Assembly: GCA_016702415.1 (NCBI GenBank)
Contig: JADJEA010000023.1
Location: 86,208-150,207 of the forward strand
Source: Nostocoides sp.
GTDB taxonomy: Bacteria > Actinomycetota > Actinomycetes > Actinomycetales > Dermatophilaceae
Reading direction: 5' to 3'
DNA: 64,000 bases
Positions 28,761 to 37,704 of the stretch are shown here, piece by piece (the first letter of the stretch is position 1; every line of letters starts with the position of its first letter). Under the pieces are notes generated by a model. The model was not told where the DNA came from and did no database searches. It saw nothing but the letters and a program-made list of their open reading frames with translations. The position numbers and the translations under genes are program-made.

Positions 28761-29857
28761 ATGGCGCTCACGAGCTACCACCTGACCGGTCCGGTCCTCG
28801 TCGGCCCGCAGGAGGTGCGGGCGGAGGTCTGGATCCTCGACGGACGGATCAGTTTCTCGGCCCCGATGTCGGGCGAGGTCACGACGATTCCGGGGTGGGT
28901 GATTCCGGGCCTGGTCGATGCCCACTGCCACATCGGGCTCGCCGCCCACGGGGGTGTCGATGCGGCGGAGGCCGAGCGACAGGCGCTGATGGATCGGGCC
29001 CACGGCACGCTCTTGATCCGTGACGCGGGGTCGCCCTCGGATACCCGGTGGATCGACGACCGCGACGACTTGCCCAAGGTGATCCGCGCGGGCCGCCATA
29101 TCGCCCGCACCCGCCGCTATATCCGCAACTTCGCCAACGAGGTCGAGCCCGACCAACTCGCCGACGCGGCCCGGATCCAGGCCCGCCGTGGCGACGGGTG
29201 GGTCAAGATCGTCGGCGACTGGATCGACCGCGACACCGGCGACCTCGAGCCGTGCTGGCCCCGCGAGGCCGTGGCGGCTGCCGTCGCGGTCGCGCACGAG
29301 GAGGGGGCCCGGATCACGGCCCACTGCTTCGGGCCGAAGGTGCTGCACGACCTCGCCGCGGTCGGCATCGACTGCGTCGAACACGCCAGCGGGTTGGAGC
29401 CAGAGACAATCGACTCCTTTGCGGCACAAGGGATCGCCATTGTCCCGACGCTGATCAATATCGCGACCTTCCCCGAGATCGCCGAGCCCGCGCGCGAGAA
29501 GTTCCCGCGGTATCGCGACCGGATGCTCGACATCTGGCGACGGCGCTACGCGACGATCGGGGCGGCATACGAGGCGGGAGTGCCGATCTATCTCGGGACC
29601 GACGCGGGTGGCTCGCTGCGTCACGGCCTGGCGCCCTACGAGGCCCAGGAACTCGCCCGGGCCGGTCTCCCGCCGACGGCGGTCCTCGACGCGGGCGTTT
29701 GGGGGCGCGCGCCTGGCTAGGGCATCCCGGCATCGATGAGGGTGCCGACGCCGACGTTCTGGTCCTGCGCGCCGACCCACGCACCGACCTCGGTGCGCTG
29801 CACGGACCGGAGGCGGTATTCCTGCGCGGCGTCCTGCGCGACCCCGTCACGCGCTGA
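28761..29857 (+). pseudogene. amidohydrolase family protein, reading frame broken by a missing G in the run 29701-29705
   Basis: ORF 28761..29720 has the metal-binding motif GLVDAHCHIG and stops at ...LDAGVWGRAPG*. The family-typical C-terminus ARAWLGHPGIDEGADADVLVLRADPRTDLGALHGPEAVFLRGV continues in the frame of ORF 29048..29857. The 1097-nt span is not a multiple of 3. Confidence 0.75.
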
Positions 29858-29881
29858 CCAGCGCCGTATCCTGAGCCCGCC

Positions 29882-30358
29882 ATGGACATCTCCGCCAAGA
29901 CCGACTACGCGATCCGCGCCCTCATCGCGCTCGCGGAAGCCGACACCGGGGAGGTGTCGGACACCGGCGCGGCGATGTCGACCGATGTGCTCGCCCAGCG
30001 GCAGGGGCTGCCCCGCAAGTTCCTCGAGGCGATCCTCTCCGACCTGCGTCGCGGGGGCCTGGTCATGAGTGTGCGCGGCTCGCACGGGGGATATCGGCTT
30101 GCCCGGCCGGCGGCCGAGATCACGCTCGGATCGGTGTTCCGGGTCGTCGACGGCCCCCTCGCGGAGGTCCGTGGCCTGCGCCCGCAGGATTTGTCGTATG
30201 CCGGGTCCGCCCGCCACCTGCCGACCGTCTGGATCGCTGTGCGCGCCAGCCTCCGTCGGGTCCTCGACGACGTCACCCTCGCCGATGTCACCTCCGGCGA
30301 CCTGCCCGCCCATGTGGCCGCCCTGGCCAACACGCCCGGGGCGTGGAGCAACCGCTGA
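29882..30358 (+). CDS. Rrf2 family transcriptional regulator
   Basis: [18 protein letters not shown]...[34 protein letters not shown]. Confidence 0.85.
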   Translation: MDISAKTDYAIRALIALAEADTGEVSDTGAAMSTDVLAQRQGLPRKFLEAILSDLRRGGLVMSVRGSHGGYRLARPAAEITLGSVFRVVDGPLAEVRGLRPQDLSYAGSARHLPTVWIAVRASLRRVLDDVTLADVTSGDLPAHVAALANTPGAWSNR

Positions 30359-30585
30359 GCCGGACTGCGGCGGGGCTGCGCCTCGGGACGGGTGCCCGGG
30401 TTGGTCCGCGGGCACCGGGACGGGCAGCGCGGATTGGCCCGCGGCATACCCCCTCTGGCACAATCGCCTGGCGTACACCTTCCGCCGGGGTCTCCCGGAC
30501 GGATATCTACCCCGAGTTCCGGCACCCCGGGCGTTGCTGCCCGGTCTCGCCGCGCTCACGAACCGAAATGGAGAGGTCCACACTC

Positions 30586-31110
30586 GTGGCCGTCAAGATT
30601 CGCCTCAAGCGGATGGGCAAGATCCGCACCCCGTTCTATCGCGTCGTCGTCATGGATTCCCGCACCAAGCGGGACGGACGGGCGATCGAGGAGATCGGGA
30701 AGTACCACCCCACCGAGGAGCCCTCGCTCATCGACATCGACAGCGCCCGCGCCCAGTACTGGCTGCGCCAGGGTGCCCAGCCGACCGAGGCCGTCGTCAA
30801 CCTGCTCAAGATCACCGGCGACTGGCAGTCCTTCAAGGGCGAGGCCGGCGGGTCCACCCTCAAGGTGGCCGCGGTGAAGCCGAGCAAGAAGGAGCTCTAC
30901 GAGGCGGCCGTCGCCGCTGCCGGCAAGTCCCTCGACGGCGGACCGTCCGCGACGACTCCGCGAAAGAGCGCCGCACGCAAGGCCGCCGAAGAGGCGCCGG
31001 TCGCCGCGGACACCGACAGCAGCGCCGCGTCGGCCAAGGGTGAGGACGCCGACGCCGACGCGACCACCACCACTTCCGCCGCCGCCGACCCGGACAAGGC
31101 GGACGCGTGA
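30586..31110 (+). CDS. rpsP: 30S ribosomal protein S16 (with actinobacterial Ala/Asp-rich C-terminal extension)
   Basis: GTG 30586 follows the RBS GGAGAGG. The product starts [42 protein letters not shown]. Confidence 0.95.
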   Translation: MAVKIRLKRMGKIRTPFYRVVVMDSRTKRDGRAIEEIGKYHPTEEPSLIDIDSARAQYWLRQGAQPTEAVVNLLKITGDWQSFKGEAGGSTLKVAAVKPSKKELYEAAVAAAGKSLDGGPSATTPRKSAARKAAEEAPVAADTDSSAASAKGEDADADATTTTSAAADPDKADA

Positions 31111-31355
31111 CCGTGCTCGAGGAGGCGCTCGAGCACCTCGTCACCGGGATCGTCGATCACAAGGACGACGTGCGCGTCCGGACCAAGGACCTGCGCCGCG
31201 GGAGCCTGCTCGAGGTCCGGGTCCACCCGGAGGATCTGGGCCGGGTCATCGGTCGTTCCGGCCGCACGGCGAGCGCCCTGCGCACCGTGATGTCGGCGCT
31301 CTCCGGTGGGCAGAACGTCCGGATCGACATCGTCGACACCGACCGGGTGCGCTGA
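31107..31355 (+). CDS. KH-domain RNA-binding protein (YlqC family)
   Basis: [28 protein letters not shown]. The start overlaps the rpsP stop. Confidence 0.9.
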   Translation: MTVLEEALEHLVTGIVDHKDDVRVRTKDLRRGSLLEVRVHPEDLGRVIGRSGRTASALRTVMSALSGGQNVRIDIVDTDRVR

Positions 31356-31360
31356 CGCAC

Positions 31361-31408
31361 GACGACTGAGGGGCCGGACGGCAGCTGCCGTCCGGCCCCT
31401 CAGTCGTC
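31361..31408. terminator. 48-nt perfect palindrome (24-bp stem) after the KH gene
   Basis: GACGACTGAGGGGCCGGACGGCAG (31361-31384) / CTGCCGTCCGGCCCCTCAGTCGTC (31385-31408). It lies between the + strand rpsP-KH unit and the convergent kinase gene. Confidence 0.7.
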
Positions 31409-31542
31409 GGTGGACCGTTGCCGGCCGCCGGACCTTGCGGTCCTTGCGCCCGGCCCCCCTGCTGCCGGGCGCAACTATCTCCTCTGACGCCGCGAGGGGC
31501 CTTCCGGTTGCCTCGCGCTCACCATTGGTGCCCGCGTTGAGG

Positions 31543-34503
31543 TCAGCTGTCACCCAGCGGGCCCTGGCAGTGACCGCCCGAGGGATCGACCTCGACCCCG
31601 GCCAGGGCCTCGGCGGCGCGGTGCCGTCCGAGATTCCACTCGAGCGGATCGTCCGCCCGCCCGTGGGCCCGGGTGGAGCCGAGCGCGCAGTCGCGCAACC
31701 GCGTCGGCAGCCGGGTGACGATCGCTTCAGTGGCGTCGTCGGACAGCGTGGACAGATAGACCGTGTCGAGCCGATGACCGGCGACGTGCTCGTAGCGGTC
31801 GATATTGCGATTGGCGATCCACGCATCCGGGTTGAGCAGGCCCAGAGCGAGCACCATCCCCGCCCCCGACAGTGCCGCGGCCCGAGGCAGCCACCGACCG
31901 TCGCGGGTCAGCCCCGCGACCATGACGAGGACAACGACCAGGCCCACCCACACCTCGATGAGATCGGCCAGCAGGCGCAGTGTGGTGTAGCCGTAGGCTT
32001 GCTGGTAAAGGTGCATCCGATACAGCGCCGACGCGACGACGACAAGCGTCAAGGCACACAGAGTCCCGAGCACCAGCCGGCGGATCCGCACCTCGGCGGC
32101 CTCGCGGCTGCCCGACTTCCGCGCGGCGATCGCGACGACGAGCAGGGTCAGCATGCTCGCGACGAGAAGCTGTCCGAAGCCTTGGTGACTGTACGCGGCA
32201 TACGTCATCCCGGTGGTGCGGTGCACGTAGTCGTGCCCACCCAGCCACGCGGTCGCTTCGGCGGCGATGAAGAGGACGTATGCCGCGATCACCAGTCCGA
32301 CGGGGATCAGCCACTCCCAGCGTGACCGGGTCGGCCGTCTCGGCGGCAGCGTCGTCGCATCGTCGGGAATCGGGTTGAGCGCCAAGTAGATTCCAGAGAG
32401 AGTGACCCCGAAGACCGCGCCGAACACGAACGACCGGAAGACGAATCCGTTCATGGAGAGGTTCGGCAGGAGGGAATCCATCCAGGCTCGCAGAACGGCG
32501 TCCGCCGAGGCGAATAGCGCGAGGAAGACCCCACTTGCGACCCCCGACACCACGATGGTGCGGGCAACGCTCCACCAAATGCGCCGGTCGCCGCGGGTGC
32601 GCAGACTGCGACCGAGCCACGGCAGGCCGCGTAGCCCTGCCAGCGGCCACGCGATCGACTCGGCGATCAGGGCGAGGACCGAGCGCGCCGGGGTGACGGC
32701 CACGACGAGGACGACGGCCCCGCACAGGAGGACCAGCGGGATCAGCCAGGTTGCCGCCCGCAGCATCGGGATCAGGGCCAGCCCTGTGCCGATGACGAGG
32801 CACGCATAGGTCCACGCGGTGCGCTTGGGAGCCGCGACCAGGATCGCCGCGGCGGCGACGAGCAGGACCAGGGTCGTCCCGATTCCGTTGCGTCGGTAAG
32901 GAAGAATCACCGCGGCCAGCGCCGCGATGCCGAGAGCGAGGCCGACCAGCCGTGGCCGTCCGCGTCCGTCCCGCTCCGGCCACAGGGCCCCGAAGAGGGC
33001 GTCCATGGCCGGTGGGGCCGAACTGGTGGCGCCATCCTGGGCCGTATGCCGCGCCCTCCCCCCCGTCCCGAGCGACCCGCTTTGCTCGGGCACACCCCGG
33101 GTGCCGAGGGAGTCGGACCGGGGGAGGACTCCCGCCGCGCGCGCCCCGCCGCGCGAGCGCAACGCGGCCTGCGCGCGCTGGTCGGCGGCGGTCGGATCGG
33201 GCGTGGGCATGTGCGCTCCTGGGGCCGGGGCCGGGGCCGGGGCCGGGGCCTGGGTCGGGGTGGAGGCCTGGGTCGGCGTCTGGGTCGGCCCGAGGGTCTG
33301 GGTGGGGCCGGGGGTCTGGGTTGGGCCGGGCGTCTGGGTTGGGCCGGGGGCCTGAGTCGGCGCGGCGGTCTGGGGCGGCCCGGGGGCCAGCGGTGGGGCC
33401 GAGGGCGGAAGTAGGCCCGGGCTCTGACGTGGGCCGGAGGTCGATTCCGCGCCGTGGTTCGGCAATGTGGATGCGGCGCCGGCCGTGGATTGCGTCGATC
33501 GGGGGTCGCCGGGAGAGATCGGGAGCGTCAAGCGCAGGCGCGCGCCCGCGTCTCCCGGTGCGGGATCGACCGCCTCCAACCGGCCACCGTGGAGTTCGGC
33601 GATCCAGCGACCGATGGCTAGGCCGAGGCCGGTGCCACCGGCCGAGGGCTGCCCGAATCGTTCGAACACGCGGTCGCGGTCCGACGGGGCGAGCCCTGGG
33701 CCCGAATCGGCCACGTCGAGGCACCAGTGGCGGCCGTCGGCATACGCGCGAATGCGGACGGTGCCGTCCGGAGGGCTGTGCCGGGCGGCATTGTCGAGGA
33801 GGTTCGTCAGGACTTGGCGCACTCGAGAGGCGTCGGCGCAAACGACCAGACCGGCCGGGCTGACGTCGACGGTGAACCCCACCGCCCGGCCGAGCGCGGT
33901 GGCCTCGGCCACGGATGCCTCGAGCAGGGGGCTGACCGCAACGGTGGCGATATCCAGTCGGGCATGGCCGGCGTCGATCCGGGAGAGCGAGAGGAGGTTC
34001 TCGACCAGGGTGGTGAGCCGATCCGCCTGGGAGACAATCGCATCGAGGTTCGCCTGGGTGGGGGGTGCGACGCCGTCGGCGAGATTCTCCCCGACCGCAC
34101 GGATCGCCGCGACCGGTGTGCGCAGTTCGTGGGCGACCGTCGCGATGAGCTCCCGACGGTGCCGGTCGACCGCCTCGAGCTCCCCGGCCATCGTGGTGAA
34201 GGCGCGGGCCAGCTCGGCGACCTCGTCCCGGCCGGCCACCTCGAGCCGGGTGTCGTAGTCGCCCGCCGCCATCCTCCGGGCCGCGTCGGTCATCGCCCGC
34301 AGCGGGGCGGTCATCCCGGCGGCGAGCATCTGCGTGACCGCCATCGCGGCCAGGACGGCGACGGGAACGACGAGCCACGCCTTGACGCCGCTGCGGGCAC
34401 CGATGGTGGCCAGGAGGGTCGCGACGAGCACGCTGACGCCGACGATGGCGCCGAGCTTCGTCTTGAGGGAGGCGAGTTCGCCCACCGGGCTGCGCGTGGT
34501 CAC
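31543..34503 (-). CDS. sensor histidine kinase (2 TM, HAMP, DHp, HATPase_c) fused through a ~170-aa Pro/Thr/Gln/Ala-rich linker to a ~470-aa polytopic membrane domain (DUF4153/DUF4173-like)
   Basis: GTG 34503-34501 overlaps the response-regulator stop (GTGA) and is in the frame of ORF 31543..34632. It has the H-box ATVAHELRTP, N-box LLDNAARHS, and G-boxes DSGPGL and GTGLGLAI. After the linker come at least 10 hydrophobic segments and the motif LYRMHLYQQAYGYTTLRLL. Confidence 0.8.
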   Translation of the reverse strand: MTTRSPVGELASLKTKLGAIVGVSVLVATLLATIGARSGVKAWLVVPVAVLAAMAVTQMLAAGMTAPLRAMTDAARRMAAGDYDTRLEVAGRDEVAELARAFTTMAGELEAVDRHRRELIATVAHELRTPVAAIRAVGENLADGVAPPTQANLDAIVSQADRLTTLVENLLSLSRIDAGHARLDIATVAVSPLLEASVAEATALGRAVGFTVDVSPAGLVVCADASRVRQVLTNLLDNAARHSPPDGTVRIRAYADGRHWCLDVADSGPGLAPSDRDRVFERFGQPSAGGTGLGLAIGRWIAELHGGRLEAVDPAPGDAGARLRLTLPISPGDPRSTQSTAGAASTLPNHGAESTSGPRQSPGLLPPSAPPLAPGPPQTAAPTQAPGPTQTPGPTQTPGPTQTLGPTQTPTQASTPTQAPAPAPAPAPGAHMPTPDPTAADQRAQAALRSRGGARAAGVLPRSDSLGTRGVPEQSGSLGTGGRARHTAQDGATSSAPPAMDALFGALWPERDGRGRPRLVGLALGIAALAAVILPYRRNGIGTTLVLLVAAAAILVAAPKRTAWTYACLVIGTGLALIPMLRAATWLIPLVLLCGAVVLVVAVTPARSVLALIAESIAWPLAGLRGLPWLGRSLRTRGDRRIWWSVARTIVVSGVASGVFLALFASADAVLRAWMDSLLPNLSMNGFVFRSFVFGAVFGVTLSGIYLALNPIPDDATTLPPRRPTRSRWEWLIPVGLVIAAYVLFIAAEATAWLGGHDYVHRTTGMTYAAYSHQGFGQLLVASMLTLLVVAIAARKSGSREAAEVRIRRLVLGTLCALTLVVVASALYRMHLYQQAYGYTTLRLLADLIEVWVGLVVVLVMVAGLTRDGRWLPRAAALSGAGMVLALGLLNPDAWIANRNIDRYEHVAGHRLDTVYLSTLSDDATEAIVTRLPTRLRDCALGSTRAHGRADDPLEWNLGRHRAAEALAGVEVDPSGGHCQGPLGDS
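33221..33360 (-). repeat. in-frame tandem repeats inside the kinase linker (GGGGCC hexamers encoding AP repeats; 18-bp units encoding PGPTQT)
   Basis: The + strand reads GGGGCCGGGGCCGGGGCCGGGGCCGGGGCC, then GTCTGGGTTGGGCCGGGC-like units. The protein reads PGPTQTPGPTQTPGPTQTLGPTQTPTQ...APAPAPAPAP. Confidence 0.85.
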
Positions 34504-35192
34504 GGGCGCGGGTCGGGGGATTCGAGTGCGTAGCCGACGCCGTGCACGGTCCGCACCCGGTGGCCACCGAGCTTGGCCCGCAGCGCCTTGACGTGGCTGT
34601 CGACCGTCCGCGTCCCGGAGGCGTCCGCCCACCCCCAGACGTCGAGGAGGAGTTTCTCGCGGGTCAGGACCGTCCCGGGCTCGGCAGCCAGGGCGGTGAG
34701 GAGGTCGAACTCCGTCGGCGTGAGATGGACCTCGCGCCCGTCCACGACGACCCGGCGACGGGCCGGATCGACGGACAGCGACCCGACCGAGAGCACGGGG
34801 GAGTCCCGGCGCGCGAGGACCTCCGCTCGCTCCACCCGGCGCAGCAGCGCCTGGACGCGAGCGACCAGCTCCCGCATCCGGAAGGGTTTGGTCAGGTAGT
34901 CGTCCGCGCCCACCCCGAGCCCGACGAGGATGTCGGACTCATCGTCACGGGCGGTGAGCATCAGGACCGGGACGGGGCGCTGGGACTGGACCCGGCGGCA
35001 TACCTCGATCCCGTCGAAACCGGGGAGCATGAGGTCGAGGATGACGGCGTCGGGAAGCTCCTCCTGCGCGGCGGCGACGGCGTCGGGACCGGTGAAGGCC
35101 TGGCGCACGGCATACCCCTCGGCGCGCAGGCGATCGGTCACCGCCTGGTTGATCAACGGCTCGTCCTCGACGACGAGTAGGCGGGCGCTCAT
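34500..35192 (-). CDS. OmpR/PhoB-family response regulator
   Basis: Receiver domain (LLVVEDEPLI..., DAVILDLMLPGFDG, LMLTARD) plus a winged-helix output domain (LTPTEFDLLTALA...VDSHVKALRAKL). Confidence 0.93.
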   Translation of the reverse strand: MSARLLVVEDEPLINQAVTDRLRAEGYAVRQAFTGPDAVAAAQEELPDAVILDLMLPGFDGIEVCRRVQSQRPVPVLMLTARDDESDILVGLGVGADDYLTKPFRMRELVARVQALLRRVERAEVLARRDSPVLSVGSLSVDPARRRVVVDGREVHLTPTEFDLLTALAAEPGTVLTREKLLLDVWGWADASGTRTVDSHVKALRAKLGGHRVRTVHGVGYALESPDPRP

Positions 35193-35293
35193 GGCAGCCA
35201 GGCTAGGAGGTCGGCGGCGGGGGTTTCGGGTGGGACATGTGGAGGTCCTGTGGAGCTTTCGGCTCGGTGGCCCACCCCTGGGAGAATGGCCCG

Positions 35294-35812
35294 GTGAGTG
35301 TCCTCGTCGCCCGGATCGGCAAACCCCACGGTCTCGACGGCGAGGTGACCGTCCAGGTGCATACCGACGCCCCGGAGGAGAGATTCGTCGTGGGGGTGTC
35401 GTTGACGACGCAGGCGGACGCGGGCAGCGGTGTGCCGCGCGCGCTCACCCTGCGCAGTGCCCGGGTCCATCGGCAGATCTGGCTGCTCGCGTTCGAGGAG
35501 ATCCCGGACCGGACGGGTGCGGAGTCCCTGCGGGGAACGCGCCTGTATGCCGAGCACCTCGACGAGCCGGACGGGTGGTATGAGGAGGAGTTGCGGGGAT
35601 TGCGGGTCCTGGACCCGGCCGGGGTGGAGCTTGGCGAGGTGACCGGCCTCGACCTCGGGGTCGCGCAGGACCGGCTCGTCATCCGTCTGGCCGACGGCAC
35701 CGAGGCCCTCGTGCCGCTCGTCGACGCGATCGTGCCCATCGTCGACGTCGCCGGTGGCCGGGTCGTCGTCGACGCTCCGCCCGGGCTGTTCGACCTGGGG
35801 CGGGACGGCTGA
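35294..35812 (+). CDS. rimM: ribosome maturation factor RimM
   Basis: GTG 35294 is in the frame of ORF 35237..35812. Matching segments are [16 protein letters not shown] and a C-terminal PRC-barrel-like part. Confidence 0.9.
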   Translation: MSVLVARIGKPHGLDGEVTVQVHTDAPEERFVVGVSLTTQADAGSGVPRALTLRSARVHRQIWLLAFEEIPDRTGAESLRGTRLYAEHLDEPDGWYEEELRGLRVLDPAGVELGEVTGLDLGVAQDRLVIRLADGTEALVPLVDAIVPIVDVAGGRVVVDAPPGLFDLGRDG

Positions 35813-35813
35813 G

Positions 35814-37013
35814 GTGCGCATCGACGTCGTCACGATCTTCCCGGAGTACCTCGCCCCGCTGGACCTCTCGCTGCTGGGCAGGGCCCGGCGCGACGGTCTG
35901 CTCGACATCCACGTCCACGACCTGCGCACCTTTGCGACCGACCGGCACCGCACCGTCGACGACAGTCCCTTCGGGGGCGGAGCCGGGATGGTCATGACGC
36001 CGCAACCGTGGGCGGCAGCGCTGGATGCCGTTGTCGCCCAAGGCCGCACGGCGAGTATGCCGAGTCCTCACCTCCTCGTCCCCGGTCCCGGTGGCGTGCC
36101 CTTCACCCAGGCGCTGGCCCGACGGCTGGCGGGTGAGCCATGGCTCGCGTTCGCCTGCGGGCGCTACGAGGGCATCGACGAGCGGGTCTACGAGCACGCG
36201 GCGGCACGGATGCCGGTGACGGTCGTCTCGCTCGGCGACTATGTGCTCAACGGCGGTGAGGTGGCGGTACTCGCCATGGTCGAGGCGATCGGCCGGCTGC
36301 TCCCGGGCGTGGTCGGCAACGCCGAGTCCCTCGTCGAAGAGTCGCACGAGGACGGGCTCTTGGAGTACCCGGTCTACACGCGGCCTGCCGTCTGGGCCGA
36401 CGGCGACGCGACCCGCGCGGTGCCGCCGGTGCTGCTCTCGGGAGACCACGCCGCGATCGCGGCGTGGCGCCACCAGCAGCGGCTGGCGCGGACCGCGCAG
36501 CGACGACCGGACCTGCTGCCCGCCTCCGCCGTCACGACCACCCTGAGCCAGTTGGGGCTGCGGCTCGCGGTCCCCGCGGACGCGGAGGAGATCCTCGTGC
36601 TCCAGCGGGCGTGCTGGGTCCCGGAGGGGCGAATCAACCAGGCATGGGACATCCCGCCGCTCGTCGAGACGATCGACGACGTGCGGGCCGGGCTCACGGC
36701 ATACCGGACCTGGGTCGGCCACAGCGGTGGGCGACTCGTCGTCTCTGGGCGGGCGCGGATCTCGCCGGAGGACCCGGCGGTGTGGGAGCTGGGTCGGCTC
36801 ATGGTCGCGCCGGATCTCGCGGGCCGTGGGATCGGGCGCGAACTCATCGCGTTCCTCGAATCGCAGGCCCCCGACACCTGCCGCACAGCGTGGATGAACA
36901 CGGGGGACCGGAGCGAGCGGAATCTGCGGATCTACCGGAAGGCGGGCTACCGGCGGATGCGCACCTCACCCCGCTACGCGGGGACCGTCGAGCTCACCAA
37001 GCGCCTGCGCTGA
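35814..37013 (+). CDS. trmD: tRNA (guanine37-N1)-methyltransferase TrmD fused in frame to a C-terminal GNAT N-acetyltransferase domain (399 aa)
   Basis: TrmD part: [56 protein letters not shown]...RRPDLL (aa 1 to ~235). GNAT part from ~36552: [16 protein letters not shown]..., acetyl-CoA motif [17 protein letters not shown], and [10 protein letters not shown]. Confidence 0.85.
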   Translation: MRIDVVTIFPEYLAPLDLSLLGRARRDGLLDIHVHDLRTFATDRHRTVDDSPFGGGAGMVMTPQPWAAALDAVVAQGRTASMPSPHLLVPGPGGVPFTQALARRLAGEPWLAFACGRYEGIDERVYEHAAARMPVTVVSLGDYVLNGGEVAVLAMVEAIGRLLPGVVGNAESLVEESHEDGLLEYPVYTRPAVWADGDATRAVPPVLLSGDHAAIAAWRHQQRLARTAQRRPDLLPASAVTTTLSQLGLRLAVPADAEEILVLQRACWVPEGRINQAWDIPPLVETIDDVRAGLTAYRTWVGHSGGRLVVSGRARISPEDPAVWELGRLMVAPDLAGRGIGRELIAFLESQAPDTCRTAWMNTGDRSERNLRIYRKAGYRRMRTSPRYAGTVELTKRLR

Positions 37014-37070
37014 CCGCTGGGGGGTCGCGCGTCGCCGGGTGAATCGGCCCAGGTGGCGCTGGCCCGCCGC

Positions 37071-37640
37071 TCACCCGGACACCTCGCGGAGGAAGGCGAG
37101 GCTCCGCTCGACCACCTCGGCAGTCGCCGCCGCGTCGTAAGCGGCCGTGCTGGAGTCGGTGAAGAGGTGCCGGTCACCGGCATACGTGACGAGTTCGGCC
37201 TCCGGATGCCCGGCCACCCACTCCCGCGCGGCGGGCTCGTCCTCGAGGAAGAAGGGGTCGGCGGCCATCGCGTGGACCTGGAGCGGGACGGGCCGGTCCC
37301 ACCCGCCGACCCACTGCGGGTCGATGAAGGACTCGTAGGAGAGAACGCCACGCACCGAGCGCCGCCGGGCGGCGGCAGCCGCAACGGCTGCTCCGAACGA
37401 CACGCCGGCGACGACGCACCCGTCCGCATCGTCGGGAAGGGCGTCCAGGCCCATCTGGGTGAGAGTCTCCTCATCGCTCGCCCGGACGAAGGCGAGGCCC
37501 TCATCGATGGTCGCGAACGTCCGACCCCCGAAGAGGTCAGGGGTGACGACGGTGTGACCGCCGGCGCGCAGCGCGTCGGCGAGGGCCACAACCCCAGGCG
37601 TCAGCCCCAGGACGTGGTGGTACAGAACGACGATGGCCAT
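37071..37640 (-). CDS. dienelactone hydrolase family protein (189 aa)
   Basis: ATG 37640 is in the frame of ORF 37071..38057. The product reads MAIVVLYHHVLGLTPGVVALADALRAGGHTVVTPDLF... Confidence 0.75.
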   Translation of the reverse strand: MAIVVLYHHVLGLTPGVVALADALRAGGHTVVTPDLFGGRTFATIDEGLAFVRASDEETLTQMGLDALPDDADGCVVAGVSFGAAVAAAAARRRSVRGVLSYESFIDPQWVGGWDRPVPLQVHAMAADPFFLEDEPAAREWVAGHPEAELVTYAGDRHLFTDSSTAAYDAAATAEVVERSLAFLREVSG

Positions 37641-37704
37641 GCGTGCCCCTTCCGTTGGTGGTCTTTTCCACACGCTAGATCCACCCACCGACAACCCGCC
37701 CCAC

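Noticed and set aside
30359-30585. Structured RNA or riboswitch in the 227-nt rpsP leader, and a promoter TTGGCC-n19-CACAAT
   Set aside because: Only a short hairpin (GGTGCCCG...CGGGCACC), probably the Rrf2-gene terminator, is evident. The promoter spacing is non-canonical. There is too little evidence to annotate.
33221-33360. Possible CRISPR-like or satellite array
   Set aside because: The units are only 6 and 18 bp, are contiguous without spacers, and are in frame within the kinase linker (AP and PGPTQT repeats). They are coding low-complexity sequence, not CRISPR.
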